A stretch of 32,000 nucleotides of DNA from Candidatus Saccharimonadota bacterium (GTDB lineage: Bacteria; Patescibacteriota; Gracilibacteria; BD1-5; UBA6164), in NCBI GenBank assembly GCA_965229705.1, contig OZ245922.1, forward strand, positions 690,001 through 722,000. Reading direction: 5' to 3'. The notes under the pieces are model-generated. The model was not told where the DNA came from and did no database searches. It saw only the letters and a list, made by a program, of their open reading frames with translations. A program made the position numbers and the translations under genes. Below, piece by piece: positions 1 through 8,505 of the stretch; position 1 is the first letter of the stretch, and each line of letters starts with the position of its first letter.

Positions 1-232
1 CTATCTGCATACCAATAATACTTTCTCCAAAGATGCTCGCACAAGCTGTCGTAATAATCGCTGTATCTCACTGGAAAGACCAGTTTTGTATTGTATTATT
101 TTTGATTTTTATATACACTTTGAGGTCATCTCCACAAGTACGATTTTCTTCCCAAAAGGATACATCGTAGTGAGGAAGTATTCCTTTATTTGGTGGTGTT
201 CTCGAATAAAATGTAATAATTTCGTTATGCAA
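1..232 (-). CDS. sufU: SufU/IscU-type Fe-S cluster scaffold, N-terminal part only (continues past window start)
   Basis: Minus-strand frame is open to the window edge. Translation from TTG (230-232): HNEIITFYSRTPPNKGILPHYDVSFWEENRTCGDDLKVYIKIKNNTIQNWSFQ(G=TGA)DTAIITTACASIFGESIIGMQ. This fits the NifU-N/SufU pattern (P.N.G, CGD, F.G.G-A-I..A.AS). The start codon is uncertain because there is no upstream ATG. Confidence 0.7.
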
Positions 233-240
233 GATAGGGA

Positions 241-269
241 AAAGTTTAAAGGGAAAAGCTAAAAGTAAG
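241..269. repeat. Left arm of the 29-bp perfect inverted repeat
   Basis: Exact reverse complement of 742-770, checked base by base. Confidence 0.9.
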
Positions 270-315
270 AGAAAAGTTACGAGTTACAGGTTGGAAGTTA
301 GAAAAAAATAACTAT

Positions 316-666
316 TTATGCACGCCTCTTTAAAGACTTAATCAGTCAAGCAAGCATTTTAGATATCTCAATACATACTTGAAACAGTTTCTGAAACATT
401 GTTTGATCTATATATCAAAAATCTAAAGCGATGTATAACATTGAGCGAACTTCTCAACAAGATCATTTAGCAATAAATAGAAATTGTCGTAGCTCTTTAT
501 CAGTTTGTCGCTCATATCATTCAGCAATATTATTGGAAATAGATACTGCTGCTCTTTCTATTTGGTTTTTAAATCAAAAATCAGAGTTACTTTGAAAAAT
601 CTTATATATTACAACTGATAAATCTTTTGCCTTTTTCCAACAGTCCAAATCTTCAAATTGTTTCAT
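316..666 (-). CDS. Four-helix-bundle protein (23S rRNA intervening-sequence protein family; DGR Avd-like fold family)
   Basis: 116 aa with 5 TGA read as Gly: MKQFEDLDCWKKAKDLSVVIYKIFQSNSDFGFKNQIERAAVSISNNIAEGYERQTDKELRQFLFIAKGSCGEVRSMLYIALDFGYIDQTMFQKLFQVCIEISKMLAGLIKSLKRRA. It carries the family hallmarks F.DL..W.KA, R.A.SI.SNIAEG and F..IA.GS..E. Confidence 0.85.
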
Positions 667-741
667 ATAATCTCTATCCTTAAATGTTAAACTCTCTCAA
701 CTCTTGCTTTCTGATTTTTTCCTCTTACTCCCCACTTCTCA

Positions 742-770
742 CTTACTTTTAGCTTTTCCCTTTAAACTTT
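742..770. repeat. Right arm of the 29-bp perfect inverted repeat, with an adjacent tandem copy of its CCCTTTAAACTTT unit
   Basis: Exact reverse complement of 241-269. The unit CCCTTTAAACTTT occurs at 758-770 and again at 779-791. Confidence 0.9.
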
Positions 771-811
771 CTACTTTCCCCTTTAAACTTTCCCCTTTCC
801 ACTTTTCACTC

Positions 812-2044
812 TTAGCTTCCAAGCTCAATAATAGCCTGATTCAAAATATCAAAAAATTTCTCTATATCTTCCCGAGTATTATATACTTGTAAACTCATTC
901 GGCACGTGTGTGTCTGCCCAACATATTCCATGAATGGCTCCGCACAATGCTGACCTGCACGCACGCAGATACTATGATTTGCAAGATAGTCAGAGATATC
1001 AAAACTATGAATTCCCTCTACAACAAAGGTAAAAACTCCGACTCTATTAACAGGAGAAGAAGAACCAATGAGTCTGAGTTGTGGTATTTGAGAAAATTTT
1101 TCTCAAGCATATTGTACTAAATCTGCCTCTATTATTTCAAGTGTTGTGTATCATCAAATACTCTCAATATACTCAAAAGCTTTGAGTATACTCACTGCTC
1201 CTGTAAGGTTTGGTGTTCCTGGTTCAAACTTGTCTGGCAGCTTGCTACTATGCGTAAAATGATGTTGCTTCACTTCTCCTATTGCTCCTCCTCATGAAAA
1301 TATAGGTTTGAGTTCCGTAAGAAGTTCTTCTTTTGCCCATAAAACTCCTATTCCAGAATCTGCAAAAACTTTATGTCCCGTAAAAAAGAGGGCGTCACAA
1401 CCAAGTTTTTCTACATCTACCTGAAAGTGTGGAACACTCTGAGAAGCATCTACAATCAGGAGTGGTTTTTGCTGTCTTCCGTATCGAGCCAAGAGCAATG
1501 AGTTGATATGAGCAATATCAAATATTTGCCCCGTGGTATTACTCACATGTGTCAGTGAAACAACTTTTACCCTACCACTAAGCTTATCTCGAAAGTCATT
1601 ATAGTCTACATCAAAATTTTCCGTCACTCATACAAACTCTACATTGATACCATAGTCTTCTTTGAGTATGAGCCATGGAACAACATTGGCGTGATGTTCA
1701 ACAATCGTGACAAGTACGGTATCTCAGGTTTTGAGTTTATGTGATCGCTGTAAGCTTTGAGCAAGAATATTGAGAGCGTATGTGGAGTTTGCTGTGTAAA
1801 CTATCTCTCTCCAGGACTCTGCTCAGATATGTTTTGCAACCATTTTTTTTGAGTCTTCATAGAGCTTTTCTGATTGTTCTGAGATATCATAACTTCCTCT
1901 ATGAATATTTGCGTAGCTTGATCTGAGATACTCACTCATACCTTCTATAACATGTGATGGTTTTTGAGCTGTCGCAGTACTATCGAGATATACAAGATCT
2001 GGATGAGTTGCGAATATCGGAAAATCTTTTTTAATGTTTGACAT
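812..2044 (-). CDS. sufS: Cysteine desulfurase SufS (class V aminotransferase)
   Basis: 410 aa once seven in-frame TGA are read as Gly. Diagnostic peptides: MSNIKKDFPIFATHPDLVYLDSTATAQKP, SLTHVSNTTGQIFD, FFTGHKVFADSGIGVLW, IFS(G)GGAIGEV, VRAGQHCAEPFM. Track fragments 1292-1627 and 1823-2044 are in the same frame. Confidence 0.95.
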
Positions 2045-2207
2045 ATATTTATGTAATTATATATCCAAATGGTACTCTTAAGAAAACTCTGAGAAAGGCA
2101 TTTTTTCTCTCCTTTTTCAAAGAAGAAATGGCTCATTAGAACCAGAGAGGATTGGAAAATTTTTGTTTCTTAGAGCTTTCTTACAACTCTGTGGGCGACG
2201 CCTTTTT

Positions 2208-2483
2208 TTATTTGTATATTTCTGCTCTCAAAGCTATTCGATGCACAAGAATGATATTATTTCCCATATCTATCGAATAAATAACTCTGTACTCTCACAC
2301 TCTGAGACGAAACTTATTCTCTGATTTTGGAGAAAGTTTTTTTATATCCCATTTTTGAGAAAAAGGATTTTCAGAAAATTTTTGTAAGGTACTTTTTATC
2401 TTTTTCTTCAATATATAGTCCTTGTTCATTTTTTGCCAATCTTTCTTAAAAGCTCAAGAATTGTCGAGTCGAATACTATACAT
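2208..2483 (-). CDS. RelE/ParE-family type II toxin
   Basis: 91 aa: MYSIRLDNSGAFKKDWQKMNKDYILKKKIKSTLQKFSENPFSQKWDIKKLSPKSENKFRLRVGEYRVIYSIDMGNNIILVHRIALRAEIYK. The core R.RVG.YR.IY.I......I....I..R...Y is typical of the family. Its ATG overlaps the antitoxin stop by 8 nt (ATGTATAG). Confidence 0.8.
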
Positions 2484-2766
2484 CTCCAAATACTTCATCA
2501 AAAGATAAGAAGGCATCTTTGTTTCTCTGTTTATAATTCTTTTCAGACTCACGAATAGCCGCAATTGTTTCTTCATTGAGTTCGTCAAGACGGATAGCTC
2601 TCACATCCCAATCTATTTTTTCTTTTTCTAGTGGCTCTATCACAACTCTCCCTGCTTCAAATTTTGCTCTCACGTGCTGTTTATCTACTCACATTTCTTT
2701 TCGCCATTCTTGCGGAATCGTATATTGCCCGTTCCCTATAGGCTTTAAGATAGCTTCTGTAATCAT
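2476..2766 (-). CDS. AbrB/MazE (SpoVT-AbrB fold) antitoxin
   Basis: 96 aa: MITEAILKPIGNGQYTIPQEWRKEM(G)VDKQHVRAKFEAGRVVIEPL... The N-terminal swapped-hairpin motif (G.G..TIP.E.R...G) and the overlap with the downstream RelE-like gene support the call. Confidence 0.75.
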
Positions 2767-2834
2767 AAGAGTTAAAGTAATTTAATAATTAAATTAATGT
2801 AATTATATCGAAGACTCACAAGAAATACAAGTAT

Positions 2835-3584
2835 TTATTCGTGTCTTATTTTTTCTAGTACTTTTGCTTGTAGCTCTGCATATAAGGCTTCATTATACTC
2901 TTCCAAACCTCAAAATATCTTATATATATAACTCTCCAACATGAGAAGTGTGGCATCTTGCTTTGGGAGACCACGACTGCGGAGATAAAAAAGCTTTTCG
3001 TCCGAAATTTTTTCCATATTACAGGCGTGTGATGCCTTTACATCATTACTGTGTACTAAAAGTGTTGGAAGTCATCGCACTTTTCCGGTACTTCCAAGAA
3101 AAATATTCTCTTCAACCAGATACCCTTCTACTCCTGCTATATTTTCTCGAATATCTATGATACCATCAAGATCTATGAGACCATTGTCTGAAACAAAGCT
3201 TACAATATTCATATCGAGAAAACTTTTACTTGCAGCAACTTCTCCATGAATTTTTGCTTCTATATTTTCTCATCGAGAACTCAACAGACTATATACTTCG
3301 CAGCGACTCTCCTCACTTCCGAGTAGAAAATGTTTGTCATATACCACTCAGCCATTCCGGGAGTTCTCCTTATTAAGGGGAGCATTTTCTTCCTCTCTTG
3401 ATAAAAGGAGATTGAGGGGGGTCTTTGAGAAATATGAAAAATATTTGAGACTTGCTCAAACTCCAAAAGTGACTTTCCTCAAAATATTTTCTTCATCAAA
3501 AATAACAGCAGAAATACCATCTACAATATGTACTTCATCTGCAAGTTCTGATGAGAGATACAGTCTATTTTCTTGTATGTTCAT
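2835..3584 (-). CDS. sufD: SufD-like Fe-S assembly protein (short form, 249 aa)
   Basis: The C-terminal region ...LPTLLVHSNDVKASHACNMEKISDEKLFYLRSRGLPKQDATLLMLESYIYKIF... matches the SufB/SufD signature (V.CSHGATVG..D...LFYL.SRG). The frame was checked codon by codon with TGA as Gly and has no TAA/TAG. Confidence 0.8.
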
Positions 3585-3587
3585 AGT

Positions 3588-3983
3588 TTATTTTTTACTA
3601 TTTAAAAAGTTTTGCCTCAGTTGCCTGAGCTTCTCAAGATCAATTTTTGGAATTGGTTTCTCAAAAGCAAAGCTCGTCCCACAACCACACCTATCCTCTA
3701 CATCATCACTAGCGAAAATATATCGTATTTTTTCTATTCCGGTATGGTCTGCTTTTTTCACTCGAGTAATACTCGCATTCTCTAGGTACTGCGTGTCTGT
3801 TTTTGGAACATACAGATGAAACTCATACGCACTTTCGAGTTCATCGAGAGTTTCATCAACCTGAAACTCTGTTTCCATATTGATCTTCGTTCCACTACAT
3901 CCAGCCTCATAAAAAAACACTTTGAGTTTTTTGACTCAAGCTTCTTGAAATTCGGATACTGTTTTTTTATCGAGTTGGAGCAT
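3588..3983 (-). CDS. sufA: HesB/IscA/SufA-type Fe-S cluster carrier
   Basis: 131 aa: MLQLDKKTVSEFQEA(G)VKKLKVFFYEAGCSGTKINME...DRCGCGTSFAFEK. It has the conserved Cys in GCSG and the C-terminal CGCG.SF motif. The start lies 2 nt after the hicA stop. Confidence 0.85.
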
Positions 3984-3985
3984 AG

Positions 3986-4201
3986 TTACAAAAAATCTTT
4001 TTTAGATAATCAACTTTGTCGAATAATACTCATTGTTGTGCGAATATTGAGGGTCTTTTTTCCGTGATCTGGAACAGTGATTCGTATATCTCATTTTTTG
4101 AGCTGAACATGACTTCATTTTTGATGGGACACAAAAAATCACTTTTCAAGAAGTATCTCAATAATATCTTTTGAGCATATATTATGAATATTTGGAGACA
4201 T
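3986..4201 (-). CDS. hicA: HicA-family toxin (mRNA interferase)
   Basis: 71 aa: MSPNIHNICSKDIIEILLEK(G)FFVSHQK(G)SHVQLKK(G)DIRITVPDHGKKTLNIRTTMSIIRQS(G)LSKKDFL. This fits the HicA pattern (L.K.GF...RQ.GSH......TVP.H..K.L..GT...I.KQAGL). Confidence 0.85.
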
Positions 4202-4205
4202 CCTC

Positions 4206-4427
4206 TTATACACTTACATAAGTATTCATAGCATTTTTGAGAGATTCATATATTTGGTACTCTTCATCATGTTTTTCAAGGCCTTCTATATGACAAGCAA
4301 GGGCCTCCTGTCAATTAGTTATTGCTTCTTCAAGACTATCTCCCTGTGTTACAATATTAAAAATATTTGAGAGAACGGTATATGTTCCGTCTTCATTTTT
4401 AATAATTGTTAGTGGTATTTGTGACAT
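4206..4427 (-). CDS. hicB: HicB-family antitoxin (UPF0150 domain only)
   Basis: 73 aa: MSQIPLTIIKNEDGTYTVLSNIFNIVTQGDSLEEAITN(G)QEALACHIEGLEKHDEEYQIYESLKNAMNTYVSV. This fits the HicB N-domain pattern (EDG.Y.......G..TQG.SLEEA..N..EAL..H.E). The stop lies 4 nt upstream of the hicA start. Confidence 0.85.
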
Positions 4428-4551
4428 AAATATGGAAATACGAAAATATTTTATTTACTATATATATATTTTTAAAAAAGCATTTTCTGTTTTTTATTTT
4501 TCCCCTGCTGGACTCACCTCTTTTATAAGGGGGAGTTAGAGCGGGTACAAA

Positions 4552-5955
4552 CTACCCAATAGACCCCTCCATCTCCATTGATATAAGAACATTCATCTCG
4601 CTGGCATACTCCAGTGGAAGTTCTTTGACAATAGGAGAAATAAATCCGTTCACGATCATCGCCGCTGCCTCTTCTTCTCCGATACCACGAGACTGCAAAT
4701 AAAAGAGATCATCTTCATTGATTTTTCCTGCGCTTGCCTCATGGGCAACGATAGAATCAGTATTTGCACAACGAATATCTGGAATCGTATCTGATCATGA
4801 AATATCATCAAGCAGTAAGGCATCACACTCAATATGTGTGACACTTCCCGTTGCTCATGGCTTAATATCTATGAGCCCCCTATAAGTTGAGAGTCATCAT
4901 CCTTTGGAGATAGATTTTGATACCACACTACTAGAAGTATTTTTTCCGATATGGATAATCTTGGCTCCTGTATCCTGATTTTGCCCAGTATTTGCAAAAG
5001 CAACACCAAGGTGATCTGCTCGAGAATTATCTCCTTTCAACACACTACAAGGATAGAGCATTGTCGTATTTGAACCCATATTTCCTCATACCCATTCCAT
5101 ATATCCTCACTCTTCCACAATAGCTCTTTTAGTATTAAGATTATATGTATCAAGAGACCAGTTTTCTACCGAGCTATATCTCATGGTAGCATTTTTTCCT
5201 ACAAATATTTCTACTCATCCAGCGTGTAGTGAGTTTTCATCATACTTTGGAGCACTACACCCCTCTATATAATGAGCTTCTGCATCATCTTCTATGATAA
5301 TCATAGTATGCTCAAATTGTCCTCATTTTTTCACATTCATTCGAAAATATGACTGCAGTGGTTCTGAGACCTTGACTCACTTTGGAACATAGAGAAATGT
5401 CCCCCCTGACCATACAGCATAATGAAGAGCACTAAACTTGTGATCATTGAGAGGAATAGATTTTGCAAAATATTTTTTGATAATTGCCTCGTAGTGAGGG
5501 TTTTTGAGAGCGTGAGACAGATCATCAAAGACTACTCCCTCTTTCGCTATTTCTTCTTTGAGGCTATGATACACTGTCTCGCTATCATACTGCGCTCCGA
5601 CACCTGCAAGGGCTTTTTTCTCTGCTTCCGGAATACCGAGCTTATCAAAAGTACTTTTTATATTTTCTGGAACATCATCCCAAGACTTGTTATTTCCTGC
5701 GCCTTCTGGACGACGAAAATAATAAATAGATTGCAAATCTAGCTTTGAAAGATTTGGTCACCATGCTGGCATTGCGCGATCGTTATAGAGTTTGAGAGCC
5801 TCTAATCTCAGCTTGAGCATCCACTCAGGTTCTTCATTTTCTCGACTGATCTGCCGTACAACATCTTCATTTATTCCCTGAATTGCATCTCATTTATAGG
5901 TAACATTGTCTGAGAAATCCCAGGTATTTTGGACAGTTACTGTTTGTGTACTCAT
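4552..5955 (-). CDS. sufB: Fe-S cluster assembly protein SufB
   Basis: 467 aa with TGA as Gly. Peptides: [39 protein letters not shown]-equivalent region [46 protein letters not shown]. Track fragments 5377-5736 and 4897-5079 are in frame. Confidence 0.95.
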
Positions 5956-6006
5956 ATATTTTTATAATGTTAAATTAGTATTCTGTTACTTGTATCACAG
6001 AGAGAA

Positions 6007-6759
6007 CTATACGTCACGAAAACCATTCTCTTGTATGTGCTGCGCCAAGTCTTTTCATCACTGTTTCACTATTTGACCATCTTTGAGAACAAATACTGTA
6101 TCTACATCAATATATTCTAGTATTGTAAAATAATGCGTAATAATGATAATCGAGTTATGCTCATTACTCAGAGACTGGAGCATACTTGCAACCGTCTTAA
6201 ACGCATCAAGGTCAAGACCACTATCTATTTCATCAAGAATAATATACTTTGGTCCTATAAGCTTCATTTGCAGTATCTCTATTTTTCTTTTTTCCCCTCC
6301 ACTAAAACCAACATTGAGATCTCTTTCCAGAAATGCTTCGTCTATGTGCAACTCCTGCAAAAAAGGTTTTACATATCGCTTGAACATAAAAGGAGATATA
6401 TCTTGAAAATTCTCTTCTTCCCCTTTGAGTTCTGATTTCTTAGAAATATTTAAAATAGTTCTGAGATACTCTCAGAGTTTCACTCATTTGATTTCTGGGA
6501 TATTTTGAAAAGAGAGAAAAATTCCTGCTGCTGATCTCTCATCTGGCCCCATCTCTGTGAGATATTCATCTTCAATATACACTTCTCATCCTGTTATCTC
6601 ATAGTGTGGATGACCCATAAGTACACTCGAAAGTGTTGATTTTCCGCTCCCGTTCTTCCCCAGTAAACAGTAATTTTTTCATGTCTCAAACTGGAGAGAG
6701 ACTCCTTTCAAGATTTCAACATCTCCTGCCGATACCTTGAGATTTTTTATATCTATCAT
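6007..6759 (-). CDS. sufC: Fe-S cluster assembly ATPase SufC
   Basis: 250 aa: Walker [16 protein letters not shown] signature FSGGEKRK, Walker [14 protein letters not shown]-loop ITHY. Track fragment 6058-6387 is in frame. Confidence 0.95.
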
Positions 6760-7094
6760 AATTTTGAAAATTTAAATACTTCTGTAAATGTTTTACACAT
6801 CTTGATAAAACATGAGTATTTTATTCATGTTTTATAACATGCAAGAAAAAATATTCAGAAAATACATCATACACAAAATATATACCTTTGCTTTACAAAG
6901 GGAAATGTGAAGAAAATGTGAATAAGTTTTTATTTTTGGCTTAAAATAAACAAAAATAATTTTTCCTTAATGTCTAGCTTATTATATATCTCGCGTTTGA
7001 CTCAAAAGTCAAAAACCATACAAATAGCTATAAGATTTCTCTATTTTATGAGATTAAAATTAAGAAATCTACATTTTTTTCACAATAGTGTTCC

Positions 7095-7110
7095 AAGAGA
7101 CCGGTCTCTT
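7095..7110. promoter_or_regulatory. 16-bp perfect palindrome AAGAGACCGGTCTCTT (candidate operator, copy 1)
   Basis: Self-complementary when read directly. It shares the core GAGACCGGTCTC with 7134-7147 and lies in the sufC/rsmH divergent spacer. Confidence 0.5.
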
Positions 7111-7133
7111 GTGTGCAAATTACTATCCTAAAT

Positions 7134-7147
7134 TGAGACCGGTCTCA
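7134..7147. promoter_or_regulatory. 14-bp perfect palindrome TGAGACCGGTCTCA (candidate operator, copy 2)
   Basis: Self-complementary. Centre-to-centre distance to copy 1 is 38 bp. It ends 14 nt before the proposed rsmH start. Confidence 0.5.
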
Positions 7148-7160
7148 TACAAACACGAAA

Positions 7161-8114
7161 GTGATATTGAGAGATCCACATGTTCATACGCCTGTATTGC
7201 TTAGGGAACTTGTATGAGCTATAGAGGTATCATCTATCCGCCAAAATATTATTGTTGATGCTACTGTTTGACTTGCATGACATGCAAGCGAAATAATACA
7301 AAAAATGCGTCCATGAGATATATTTATAGGTTGTGACACCGATAAGAGAAATCTTAATATTGCCCAGAAAAATTTAGAGAAAACACAAAAAGAACATGAT
7401 CTACGTGATATAAAAATTGTTCTTATACAAAAAAACTTTGCCTTTCTGAGACAAGAACTGCAAAAAATAGGTATTCATCATATCACAGGAATATACTATG
7501 ATCTTGGTGTTTCTTCTCTCCACTTTGATGAACCGGAGAGAGGTTTTAGCCTCCGGCTCGATGGTCCTCTTGATATGCGGCTCAATACAGATCTCCCCCG
7601 CACAGCCGCTGACGTGCTCAACTATGAAGAAGAAGGAGAAATCCTCAGAATACTAAAAGAATATGGAGAAGAAGTATATGCCCGAAAAATCGCCGCAAAA
7701 ATCATCGAAGTACGAAAAGAAAAAAAGTTTCATCGGACTCTTGAGTTATGTGACTTTCTTGATAACAAGATCAATAAGCATATCAAGACAAAGATGCGAG
7801 TGTTCCAGGCTCTGAGAATCGCAGTAAATAATGAACTCTCCGTACTAGAAACAAGCATCAATGGTGCACTCAAACTCCTAGCGTCTCAGGGAAATATGTT
7901 TGTTATCAGTTTTCATTCTCTCGAAGATAGAATCGTAAAACGTATTTTCCAAAGAGAACTGAGAGACTGCATATGCCATGATACGCTCTGCACCTGCCAA
8001 CATACAAAAACAATACAAAAAATGCATAAAAAAGTTATTACTCCTAGCCAAGAAGAACAGCATAGCAATCCTCGTAGTAGGAGCGCAAAAGCTCGACATA
8101 TACAAAAAATTTAA
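7161..8114 (+). CDS. rsmH: 16S rRNA (cytosine1402-N4)-methyltransferase RsmH/MraW
   Basis: 317 aa from GTG 7161 (TTG 7167 is an alternative start). Peptides: HTPVLLRELV, VDATV(G)LA(G)HASEI, YDLGVSSLHFDEPERGFS, ISFHSLEDRIVK, NPRSRSAKAR. Confidence 0.9.
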
Positions 8115-8136
8115 TTCTTTTCCTCCCCCAATAAGC

Positions 8137-8505
8137 GTGCCAACAAAAAAAACACTTTTACACAATATACGACCATCATTTTTTTCACTTCGAAAAAAAG
8201 AACAGGAAAACTTTAAAATATGATACCAGTCAACCTATTTTATTCTCATAGCGGCTATTTCTTTTCTCCTCATATATTATGTATGGATACTCAACTCCAA
8301 TGCCACTCAGTGATATACTGTGAGAGATATGGAACAAGCTCAGCAAGAACTCAAAGATGAACTCAATAGAATCGAGTCAAAAATCTCAGAATTTGAAAGT
8401 ATCAATACTATAGAAAATAGTGAGTCAATTCAAGATATGCAAGAAAGTGACGAACTCAGCTATATCGTCATTCGAGACAATGTACAGTATGTGTACAATA
8501 ACTAG
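8137..8505 (+). CDS. FtsL-like bitopic membrane/coiled-coil protein (start uncertain)
   Basis: The frame is continuous from 8137 through two TGA to TAG at 8503-8505. It has a basic N-terminus, one hydrophobic helix (YFILIAAISFLLIYYVWIL), then a coiled-coil-like stretch (MEQAQQELKDELNRIESKISEFE). Its position directly after rsmH matches ftsL in dcw clusters. GTG is the only canonical start upstream of the helix. Confidence 0.5.

Larger units (their letters stand above)
233..811 (-). mobile_element. IVS-like cassette: four-helix-bundle gene bracketed by purine/pyrimidine-rich inverted repeats, filling the sufS-sufU spacer
   Basis: 241-269 (AAAGTTTAAAGGGAAAAGCTAAAAGTAAG) is the exact reverse complement of 742-770. 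Imperfect similarity extends outward on both arms, and both inner ends finish in GAAAAAAT. The arms abut the sufU start (232) and the sufS stop (812). No transposase is present, so mobility is an inference. Confidence 0.5.

Noticed and set aside
316-666. Diversity-generating retroelement, because the four-helix-bundle protein belongs to the Avd-like fold family
   Set aside because: The window holds no reverse transcriptase gene and no template/variable repeat pair with A-specific mismatches. The gene is better described as an IVS-protein-family member.
233-811. CRISPR array or other regularly spaced repeat built from the recurring GGGAAAAG/CTTTTCCC motifs
   Set aside because: The copies are inverted rather than direct. 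There are only two arms plus one local 21-bp tandem step, with no regular repeat-spacer periodicity and no cas genes.
704-892. Track ORF 704-892 (+), a low-complexity Leu/Phe/Pro-rich peptide
   Set aside because: It is the pyrimidine-rich repeat arm read in frame. It overlaps the sufS 3' end on the opposite strand and has no coding signature.
3334-3819. Long plus-strand track ORFs antisense to conserved genes (3334-3819, 9458-9892, 11642-11998, 25589-25930, 25940-26287, 30227-30643)
   Set aside because: Each lies opposite a well-supported minus-strand gene (sufD/sufA, yvcK-like, alaS, rpoA, infB). All have low-complexity, Ser/Phe/Leu-rich translations typical of antisense frames.
4500-4551. 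GC-rich island after the sufB stop (CCCCTGCTGG...GGGGGAGTTAGAGCGGG) as an intrinsic terminator or insertion scar for hicBA
   Set aside because: I could not draw a convincing stem: the arms mismatch (ACTCCCCC versus ACTCACCTC), and no U-run follows on the coding strand. It is noted only as a compositional oddity.
7095-7147. Reading the GAGACC/GGTCTC palindromes as evidence of a restriction-modification system (they contain BsaI-type sites)
   Set aside because: Two sites in one spacer say nothing about R-M content, and no methyltransferase or endonuclease gene is present in the window.
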